32,000 bases of DNA, from positions 181,199-213,198 of the forward strand of contig JALWRZ010000010.1 of the NCBI GenBank assembly GCA_026993785.1. Direction: 5' to 3'. A model generated the notes under the pieces. The model saw only the letters and a list, made by a program, of their open reading frames with translations. It was not told the origin of the DNA and made no database searches. Below are positions 25,188 through 32,000 of this stretch, piece after piece; within the stretch, counting starts at the first letter, position 1; each line of letters begins with the position of its first letter. Both the position numbers and the translations under genes were made by a program. The DNA is from DHVE2 group archaeon (lineage in GTDB: Archaea; Thermoplasmatota; Thermoplasmata; Thermoplasmatales; Aciduliprofundaceae).

Positions 25188-25424
25188 ATGAAATGCATTT
25201 TTATGGATTCTGAGGGAATATGCCATGGTCGATATAAGGGATTTAAGTGCATAGAGGAAAAATGCGAGGATTATGGCAAGTATATGGTGCCTGAGGGCAT
25301 ATGTGCCTACTGGCGTGATGGATACTGCAAAAAACTGCATATTTTTACCTGCGATGGAAAGAACAAGAAATGTCCCTATTATCGGGAATGGATAGAGGAG
25401 GAGGAATTAATTCTCTTCAAATAG
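25188..25424 (+). CDS. Cysteine-rich 78-aa hypothetical protein (8 Cys)
   Basis: The ORF exactly fills the gap between the tRNA-Arg 3' end and the SDR stop codon. Composition is K/E/Y-rich like its neighbours. Cysteines are at positions 3, 12, 21, 26, 39, 47, 55 and 62, with no CxxC pairs. I recognise no family. Confidence 0.5.
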   Translation: MKCIFMDSEGICHGRYKGFKCIEEKCEDYGKYMVPEGICAYWRDGYCKKLHIFTCDGKNKKCPYYREWIEEEELILFK

Positions 25425-26081
25425 CTAATCTACCGTTATGCATTCCCCACCTCTTCCTCTCTCAATTGCCCGGAGAATATACTCGGCTACTTTCTCCGGT
25501 GGGTCTCCAATTGCATAAGGATGATATTTTCTCAGCATATCTGTGTTGGTTCCCTTGGGAGCAACACAAACCACCTTTATTTTTGAGCCAAGCTCCTGAG
25601 CAAGAGATTTTGTAAGGGCAATCACAGCGGCTTTGGAAGCGCAGTATGCTGCTGCATCTGGAATTGGATATATGCCTATCACCGAGGCAATATTCACGAT
25701 TACACCCTCCTCCATGTGCTCCAGTGCCGCCCTTATCATATTCATAGTTCCAAACACATTGACCTGAAATATCTGTTCCCATTCGCTGGGAAGCATTCTG
25801 ATGAAGGGCTTCACATTGTATATCCCCGCATTGTTTATGAGGATTCTGAGCTCTCCATATTCCGCCGCTTTATCCACAATTTTCTTTGCATCCTCGTAAT
25901 TGCTTACATCGCCCTGAACCATTGTTGCACTTCCTCCCATGCTCTCTATCGTTGCTACCGTTTGCATGGCCTTCTCTCTATTGCGTAGATAATTAACCAC
26001 GACGAAAAACTCCCTGGCAAGTTTTATGGCAGTGGCTCTCCCTATGCCCCTGGAGGCTCCGGTAACTATGGCAACATCCAT
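25425..26081 (-). CDS. Short-chain dehydrogenase/reductase (FabG-like)
   Basis: It has TGASRGIG, NNAG and the YCASKAA catalytic motif. Confidence 0.85.
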   Translation of the reverse strand: MDVAIVTGASRGIGRATAIKLAREFFVVVNYLRNREKAMQTVATIESMGGSATMVQGDVSNYEDAKKIVDKAAEYGELRILINNAGIYNVKPFIRMLPSEWEQIFQVNVFGTMNMIRAALEHMEEGVIVNIASVIGIYPIPDAAAYCASKAAVIALTKSLAQELGSKIKVVCVAPKGTNTDMLRKYHPYAIGDPPEKVAEYILRAIERGRGGECITVD

Positions 26082-26151
26082 AGGGATATATTGAAATCTC
26101 TTTTATAATCTTTATCGAAAAGTATATGCATATGCATGCAATTGTATCCCT

Positions 26152-27288
26152 ATGAAAGGAGTAAAAGCAACCCTGCTATATGACGGCACGGCAAATAAGG
26201 CAAAGAAGAATGTCTATATCCTCTTTGAAGGGAATAAAATCGTAGAAATATCCAAGGAGAGGAATGGAGCGGATATAATAGGCGAGGGAATAGTTACCCC
26301 CGCATTCATAGATTCCCATGCCCATATTGGAATGGCAAGAAGCGGAGAGCCATCCTACGAAGAGGAGCTCAATGAGCAGATGAATGCCATATATCCACTT
26401 TCCGATGCTCTACATTCTGTGTATATGGATGATCCTGCGTTTAAGGAAAGCATAGAGCACGGGGTTCTCTACTCGCATATTCTCCCTGGCAGTGGAAACA
26501 TAATAGGTGGCAGAACAGCCCTCATAAGAAATTTTGCCAGGGATATAGAGGAGGCGTATGTACAGCACATAGGCATTAAAGCAGCCCTGGGTTACAATCC
26601 CCGCAGCACCACGGAGTGGAAAGGAACACGTCCGAGCACAAGAATGGGTGCAGTCGCTCTTCTCAGGGAACAGCTACTAAAGGCGAGAAAGATGAAAGCT
26701 CTTCTAAAAAAGAGAAAGAAAATTAAGGAGGAAGTGGAGCCTCTTACAGAGATATTCATGGAAATTCTGGATGGAAATACGCCTTTGATGGTACATGCTC
26801 ACAAGGAGGATGATATTCTCGTTCTTATGAAACTAATGGATGAGTTTGAGATAAAAGCTGTGGTGAACCATGGATGCGATGTGCATTCCAGAGAACTGTG
26901 GGGGAAGGTAAAAAGGAGAGGAATGGATATAATCTACGGTCCCGTGGATGCCTTTTCATATAAGGTGGAGCTAAAAAACGAGTACTGGAGAAACATAAGG
27001 TACATCGTGGAGGTCAGACCCAGATTCTCAGTGATGAGCGATCATCCCTTCGTGCTTCAGAGAAATCTGTACTTACAGCTTCGCTATTTCCTGCGCTTTG
27101 GGATGAGCAAAGAGGAGAGCATATCTCTCATAACAGGAAACGCCGCGGATATACTTGGTGTCAGGGGTCTTGGTAAAATAAAGAAAGGATACTACGCATC
27201 TTTGCTTCTCTGGAACGGTGATCCCTTCAGTATGGAGTCCTATCCTACATTAGTGATAGGCGAAGGTAAGGTGATTCACGAGGAATAA
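26152..27288 (+). CDS. Metal-dependent amidohydrolase-superfamily protein
   Basis: It has the PAFIDSHAHIG metal-binding motif, and later histidines and aspartates in the expected order (VHAHKEDD, SDHP). Confidence 0.75.
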   Translation: MKGVKATLLYDGTANKAKKNVYILFEGNKIVEISKERNGADIIGEGIVTPAFIDSHAHIGMARSGEPSYEEELNEQMNAIYPLSDALHSVYMDDPAFKESIEHGVLYSHILPGSGNIIGGRTALIRNFARDIEEAYVQHIGIKAALGYNPRSTTEWKGTRPSTRMGAVALLREQLLKARKMKALLKKRKKIKEEVEPLTEIFMEILDGNTPLMVHAHKEDDILVLMKLMDEFEIKAVVNHGCDVHSRELWGKVKRRGMDIIYGPVDAFSYKVELKNEYWRNIRYIVEVRPRFSVMSDHPFVLQRNLYLQLRYFLRFGMSKEESISLITGNAADILGVRGLGKIKKGYYASLLLWNGDPFSMESYPTLVIGEGKVIHEE

Positions 27289-27698
27289 TATCCAAGCTTC
27301 TCCAGGAATAGATGAGCTTTCATTAACACTTTTTTTGAGTTGTCGTAGGTTATCTTGTTTAGGGCATCTTCATAATCAAGCCAGGCATATCCGTCATGCT
27401 CGTAGGACAGCTTAACGTCTTCCTTATCTGTGATACCTACGAAATACACAACTTTCTTTTCTACCAGAACATCCTTCTCACGAAAATGGTATTTTATTAT
27501 CTCGCGAAAACCGAATAGAATATCTACCTCAAGGCCAGTTTCTTCAAATACTTCTCTCTTGGCCGCTTTCACCTCGCTTTCTCTCGGTTCCACATGGCCT
27601 TTAGGGAAATCCCAGTGACCTGTTGGGTAGTGCAGAAGTAGATATTTTTTTGTTTGGGTGTTGAATATAACAGCGCCGGCGGATTTTTCCCGTCTCAT
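27276..27698 (-). CDS. NUDIX hydrolase (Ap4A-hydrolase-like)
   Basis: The Nudix box is GHVEPRESEVKAAKREVFEETGL. Confidence 0.85.
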   Translation of the reverse strand: MRREKSAGAVIFNTQTKKYLLLHYPTGHWDFPKGHVEPRESEVKAAKREVFEETGLEVDILFGFREIIKYHFREKDVLVEKKVVYFVGITDKEDVKLSYEHDGYAWLDYEDALNKITYDNSKKVLMKAHLFLEKLGYYSS

Positions 27699-27802
27699 CT
27701 CTGTTATTTAGGAATTCTCCTTATTTATATTTTTGGGATTGGAGTTTTAGGTTTGATGATTCTCAGGAAAATAATATATATTTCCGTCCTCTCTATATCA
27801 TT

Positions 27803-28408
27803 ATGGACGATGAGAAAATAAATGTGCTGGTGGTGGACGATAACAGGGAGCTTATAAAAATAATAAAACTTTATCTGGAGAATCGCGGTTTCAGGATCTT
27901 CTCAGCCACAAGCGCTTCAGAAGCGCTTAAAATTCTGGAGGAGAGTAGTGAGGGAATAAGGATAGTTCTTCTGGATCTCATGCTTCCTGACATGCATGGC
28001 CATGATGTTTTAAGGATGATAAGGGAGATAAGCCAGGATATTGCTGTGATAGTCATAACCGGGGTAAGGGATCTAAACACCGTGGTGGAGGTTATGAAAA
28101 GTGGGGCTGATGATTATATAACTAAGCCCTTCCGACTGGGAGAGCTTGAGGAGAAGATAAACAACGTGCTTTACAAGAAGGCAATAGAGAGGCCAGTTGC
28201 CCCAGGACTGACAGCAGAAAATGCCATGGAAATCGTGGATAAAATAAATTGCAAAAAGAAGGGTAGAATTCTCAGATTCAACTTCAAAGATGTGGAGGAG
28301 CTTAATAAATTTGTGGAGATGCTTAGAAATAAAAAGGGATGGAGTATAAGTGATATACGCATAGGGGAAGAAATGGAAGTATATGTGACAAAAAGTGAAG
28401 AGAAATGA
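27803..28408 (+). CDS. Response-regulator receiver (CheY-like) protein with an uncharacterised ~75-aa C-terminal domain
   Basis: All receiver hallmarks are present: VVDDN, phospho-acceptor D in VLLDLMLPDMHG, T in VITGV, K in YITKPF. The C-terminal domain (KKGRILRFNFKDVEELNKFVEMLRNKKGWSISDIRIGEEMEVYV) matches nothing I recognise. Confidence 0.85.
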   Translation: MDDEKINVLVVDDNRELIKIIKLYLENRGFRIFSATSASEALKILEESSEGIRIVLLDLMLPDMHGHDVLRMIREISQDIAVIVITGVRDLNTVVEVMKSGADDYITKPFRLGELEEKINNVLYKKAIERPVAPGLTAENAMEIVDKINCKKKGRILRFNFKDVEELNKFVEMLRNKKGWSISDIRIGEEMEVYVTKSEEK

Positions 28409-29247
28409 TTCTGGCATCCTGTCCCGGGGAATACATACATCCCTACGGGAAAGGGTTTATTTTCTACACCGATAAGAAATGGGTGGAGGGAGAGATAATT
28501 CTGGAAAAGGGGATGATAAAGATAAGTGGCATGGAAAATGTGACGATTCCTTTGGCAGCCGTTATAAGCATAGACAAAAGAATCTCTCTTCCTGTGATAA
28601 AGGAAGGCCGATCCACGTTGCTTGTGGAATACATAGATATACGAAGTCGAGAGCGAGTATACACACTCTTCTCTTCCACAGGTCCCTGTTTAAGAGAATT
28701 TAAAAAGAAACTGCTCAAGGAGATAATTCACGGTATATCCATATCCGTAAAAATAGGTGATTCCTGGCTGCGGGGATTTCTCAGGGAAGATAACTATATT
28801 TTAAAATTTGAACCATCTCAGCATTCTTTCCACATTTCCAAGCTAGTGGATATGTCTCGTAGGACTATGGAAATAGGATTTCACAAGGTCTCTGCCATAA
28901 GATTAAAAGTAGATAAGAGCCAGGGAAATACAGAGGAGATTTATATTCTCACACCTCCGCTCAAACGAGATTTCTTCTGGCAGCTGCTGAACCTGCTTAT
29001 GGAGGAGTATATCAATAGGGAGGTAATAATGAAACTGTCCCGCCAGGAGATGCTGGTGCTGCAGATGCTGGACCAGGGATGGAGCTATGAGCAGATTCAG
29101 GCCAAGTTAGAGATTCCCAGAGAAAAAATGGAAGAAATACTAAACAAGCTTGAAATGATGGGAATAATTAAGAAGATAATAATTGTGAAATTGACAGAAA
29201 GGGGAAAGAACGTTATGCAATTTATTCCTTCGCAAGAGTTTGAATGA
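28405..29247 (+). CDS. Hypothetical regulator: two tandem PH-like beta modules plus a C-terminal LuxR/winged-helix-type HTH
   Basis: An ATGA start/stop overlap links it to the receiver gene. The C-terminus (LSRQEMLVLQMLDQGWSYEQIQAKLEIPREKMEEILNKLEMMGII) looks like an HTH. The N-terminal ~210 aa form two beta-rich segments, each ending in an amphipathic helix (REFKKKLLKEI and RDFFWQLLNLLMEEY). Confidence 0.6.
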   Translation: MILASCPGEYIHPYGKGFIFYTDKKWVEGEIILEKGMIKISGMENVTIPLAAVISIDKRISLPVIKEGRSTLLVEYIDIRSRERVYTLFSSTGPCLREFKKKLLKEIIHGISISVKIGDSWLRGFLREDNYILKFEPSQHSFHISKLVDMSRRTMEIGFHKVSAIRLKVDKSQGNTEEIYILTPPLKRDFFWQLLNLLMEEYINREVIMKLSRQEMLVLQMLDQGWSYEQIQAKLEIPREKMEEILNKLEMMGIIKKIIIVKLTERGKNVMQFIPSQEFE

Positions 29248-29899
29248 TTTCCCAAGCTTCCAGCAAATCTCGGGCTACATAATCTGCACTTTTTGTCTCA
29301 TGGCCAATTTTTATGGCTATAATGCCAACTCTTTTTGCTCCCTCTATATCCCGCATCTCGTTGTCACCCACATAAACCTTTGGCTCAGATTTACCATTTT
29401 TAATTCCCTCTTGAAATATTTTGGGATTGGGCTTCCCCACGCCAACATCTTCGGCGGTGGTCACTGAGTCAAAGAATTCCTCGATACCCAGACTTTTCAG
29501 CAATTTGTCAGTATAGGGCCTATCTGCATCGGTTATCATTCCAAGATGTTTTGCTACGTTTCTTATTTTCTGCAGGCCTTCCAGGGCGTTTTTTGCAAGT
29601 CTTACATATTTTGCGTGTATGCGAGAGTACTCATCTAAAACCCAGTAGGAATCGTTGGCACAGAGTCTTCGGGGTACAATCTGTTTTACCGCTTCCAGTA
29701 TCAGGAATCTTATGGGCACATAGCTTTCGTGCCTTCTATCCATGTAGGGCTTTCTGTATTCTTCAATCTTCTCGAGCACCTCTTCTGCGCTTAGCTCCAG
29801 GGAAAAATATCTCTTTATTTCCTCTGCAAGCTTGTATATGGCGTAATTCTCACTCTCCATATCGGTTATGGTGCCGGTCATGTCTAAGAATACATCCAT
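29222..29899 (-). CDS. HAD-superfamily hydrolase (subfamily IA-like)
   Basis: Motif I is FLDMTGT, motif II is ITDA, motif III is GVGKPNP, and motif IV is GDNEMRDIEGA. Confidence 0.75.
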   Translation of the reverse strand: MDVFLDMTGTITDMESENYAIYKLAEEIKRYFSLELSAEEVLEKIEEYRKPYMDRRHESYVPIRFLILEAVKQIVPRRLCANDSYWVLDEYSRIHAKYVRLAKNALEGLQKIRNVAKHLGMITDADRPYTDKLLKSLGIEEFFDSVTTAEDVGVGKPNPKIFQEGIKNGKSEPKVYVGDNEMRDIEGAKRVGIIAIKIGHETKSADYVARDLLEAWEIIQTLAKE

Positions 29900-29932
29900 A
29901 TGGGGTGATAGCCATTTTCCTTAATACCTTTT

Positions 29933-31012
29933 TTAGGGAATGGATGCACCGAATATCAGGTTCATCAGACTTCCAAAGAGATAACTCAGAGCCGCAGCGC
30001 CCAATCCAAGGGCCACCATTTCCGTAACTTTTCTTCGAATTGATATACCTGACATAACAGAGATAATGGCAGATACCGCCGCTAAGGTGAGTGCTGCGAA
30101 TAGCACAGAGAAGGGCAGAGCTATGTACGTGGTGGGAGCCAAGAAATAGGGCACTACGGGGAAGAATACGCCTATTATGTATGCAAGGCCCGTATAAAAT
30201 GCAGCCCTAAGCTCGTTGCTTTCCTCCTTGGGTATGAGTGCATCTATGGCATTTTTATCCTCTGCGAGCTTCTCGGCGACCTCCTCGCTCATATCTTGGG
30301 GCACGCCCATTTCTCCTAATCTTTCCTCTATCTCCTTCTTCACACGGGTTTTGGATATCGAGAATATAATCTTCAATCTTCTCCTCATCCCTTCATTAAC
30401 CTGTCTCTGGGAACGAACAGATACATAAGCACCGATGCCCATGGAGAGGGCTCCTGCCACACCCACAATCAATCCACTCATACCCACTAGAAATGGGGCA
30501 TTTACATAAACCGCGGATAATCCTGTCACTGCGCCTAGAATTTCCACGAGCCCATCGTTCATACCCAGCACGATATCTCTTATGTTCTCCACGTGCAGTA
30601 ATTTTTTCTCCTTGTAGAAAATCTTCTCGTGCTCCAGCTCATCAAGAATGATGAGGGATAGCTTTTTCTTCTCCTCGGGACTAAGCTCCCCATTTTCATA
30701 GAAATCATAGTAAGAATATATGGCTGAGGATTCCCCCATTTCAAAAAGAGAGACCACGAGAGATGCGCCTAAGAATTTTCTGACAAACCACGCTATAAAT
30801 TTTCTCCATCTTCCTAGGTACACATCCTTTACTTTTATCCCTCTTCTCTCCAGATATTCTTTCCAGAAATCCGCATGCCGTTTTTCAATGGATGCCAGAC
30901 CAAGGAGCTTCTTTTTTAGGGATTCATCCCTCTCAATACCTGCCAGATACTCGTAGAGCAGCGCATCTCTTCTCTCCCCTAGGTAAAATTTCATGGCTTT
31001 CGATGCCCTCAT
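29933..31012 (-). CDS. VIT1/CCC1-family iron transporter with N-terminal ferritin-like (erythrin) domain
   Basis: An N-terminal four-helix segment (EKRHADFW ... ELEHEK) is followed by the VIT1 motif GMNDGLVEILG and C-terminal TM helices. Confidence 0.75.
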   Translation of the reverse strand: MRASKAMKFYLGERRDALLYEYLAGIERDESLKKKLLGLASIEKRHADFWKEYLERRGIKVKDVYLGRWRKFIAWFVRKFLGASLVVSLFEMGESSAIYSYYDFYENGELSPEEKKKLSLIILDELEHEKIFYKEKKLLHVENIRDIVLGMNDGLVEILGAVTGLSAVYVNAPFLVGMSGLIVGVAGALSMGIGAYVSVRSQRQVNEGMRRRLKIIFSISKTRVKKEIEERLGEMGVPQDMSEEVAEKLAEDKNAIDALIPKEESNELRAAFYTGLAYIIGVFFPVVPYFLAPTTYIALPFSVLFAALTLAAVSAIISVMSGISIRRKVTEMVALGLGAAALSYLFGSLMNLIFGASIP

Positions 31013-31058
31013 CTCTTATGTAATTGCGAGAGGTTTTAAAAATCTTTTTCCCTCGGGC

Positions 31059-31928
31059 ATGGAAAAACTATATAAGGTGAGGTGCAAATCTCTCCCCATG
31101 TTCTTTGGTATCTCCCCATCATCGGAGCCAAATCTTCGTATTTTTGGAATAAAATGGGATGCCTCATCCTCTTACAGGAGAGGTGCAGCAGAGGCTCCCG
31201 ATGTCATAAGAAAAGCAACCTCATCGCAACTCTATAACCCCTTTGGGGAGAATATGAGGAATCTAAAAAAGTACTGGCGCTATATGGATTTGGGAAATAT
31301 TGAGCCCGAAAGCTATGAGGAACTTATGAGGATCACAAGTACCAAGGTTCATAAATCCCCGAATTCAGGAATTTTCCTGTTTCTTGGTGGTGATCACTCC
31401 ATAACCTACGCAACAGTTAAGGCAATAAAGGAGATTCGTGGTGAGGATTTTGGAATGATCTATTTTGATGCTCATCCGGATCTCTACCCAGATTATCAAG
31501 GGGATAGGTATTCCCATGCTTGTCCGGTAAGGCACATAGTGGAAGATGGCCTTGTGAAGGGGGAGAATATCATTCAGATAGGCATAAGGGCTGCAACGGA
31601 GGAGCAGAAAGAGTTTGCGGAGGAACAGAATATAAGGATGATTACCGCCTCTCAGCTTAATAAAGGTGAAAAGGTAGAAGTTCCATTTAAAAAAGCCTAT
31701 CTGTCCTTCGATATGGATGTTCTGGATCCCGCGTATGCACCGGGAGTGGGGAATCCTGAGCCAGGAGGACTTAGCACCCGTGAGCTTGTAGAAATAATAA
31801 ATTCTCTTGATGTTGAGCTGATATCCTTTGATATCGTGGAATTGAATCCTCGCTATGATTGCAGCGGTATAACGTCCTTCGCCGCTGCGAAAATAATAAG
31901 AGAGGTTCTTGCCCACTGGAGTCTATGA
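31059..31928 (+). CDS. speB: Agmatinase / arginase-family ureohydrolase
   Basis: It has the Mn-binding motifs GGDHSITY, DAHPDL and SFDMDVLDPAYAPG. The track start at 30993 would overlap the divergent VIT1 gene. I prefer the ATG at 31059 (MEKLYK...); 31098 is also possible. Confidence 0.8.
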   Translation: MEKLYKVRCKSLPMFFGISPSSEPNLRIFGIKWDASSSYRRGAAEAPDVIRKATSSQLYNPFGENMRNLKKYWRYMDLGNIEPESYEELMRITSTKVHKSPNSGIFLFLGGDHSITYATVKAIKEIRGEDFGMIYFDAHPDLYPDYQGDRYSHACPVRHIVEDGLVKGENIIQIGIRAATEEQKEFAEEQNIRMITASQLNKGEKVEVPFKKAYLSFDMDVLDPAYAPGVGNPEPGGLSTRELVEIINSLDVELISFDIVELNPRYDCSGITSFAAAKIIREVLAHWSL

Positions 31929-32000
31929 TTTCCAAAAAGATTTATATATGTGCATCGAATTATACCTTAACAACATTTTGAGGGTGTGAGATATGGAAAA

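Noticed and set aside
25462-25988. Alternative-frame ORFs lie inside the SDR gene (25462-25782 minus, 25716-25988 plus).
   Set aside because: They are embedded in a gene with clear SDR motifs and are Cys/His-rich nonsense-like sequences.
30993-31058. Longer agmatinase start at 30993.
   Set aside because: It would overlap the divergent VIT1 gene start by 20 nt and run through the shared ttttaaaaat TATA-like element (31034-31043). The ATG at 31059 gives an N-terminus of normal length for agmatinases.
31993-32000. Possible start of another gene: ATG at 31993 preceded by GAGGGTG.
   Set aside because: Only 8 nt are inside the window, so it cannot be evaluated.

Overview
This looks like a compact, mostly housekeeping stretch of an archaeal (euryarchaeote-type, thermophile-like K/E/I-rich) chromosome. 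I cannot assign a genus. All family calls come from motif recognition in the supplied translations, with no database search. I support about 38 protein genes. They include AMP phosphorylase (partial), a presenilin-like intramembrane protease, type IA topoisomerase, PriL and PriS primase subunits, GatD/GatE, an Lrp/AsnC regulator, the aIF1A-Rio1-KH operon, Pth2, S17e and Taw3. A more accessory-looking right-hand end carries SDR, amidohydrolase, NUDIX, response regulator, HAD, VIT1 and agmatinase genes. There are two tRNAs: tRNA-His(GUG) with a canonical 37/38 bulge-helix-bulge intron, and tRNA-Arg(CCU). No CRISPR array, transposase, integrase or obvious defence cluster is visible. Six things stand out. 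(1) A G+C-rich repeat module (68-nt units plus GGGAACC-N7-GGTTCCC palindromes) lies upstream of tRNA-His, with a roughly 97% identical inverted copy 19.2 kb away. In both places it ends about 15 nt before a BRE/TATA-like promoter. (2) Two ORFs, priL and a Cys-rich 78-aa ORF, start 3-5 nt after a tRNA 3' end. (3) A 1400-aa surface protein fuses an orphan family-5 peptide-binding domain to an Ig-like repeat stalk. (4) A translationally coupled receiver-domain protein and a protein with two PH-like modules plus an HTH have no kinase nearby. (5) A small SD-preceded ORF is missing from the track. (6) Several perfect palindromes lie in promoter regions. None of these is proven to be a new system. 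The repeat module and the response-regulator pair are the best leads.
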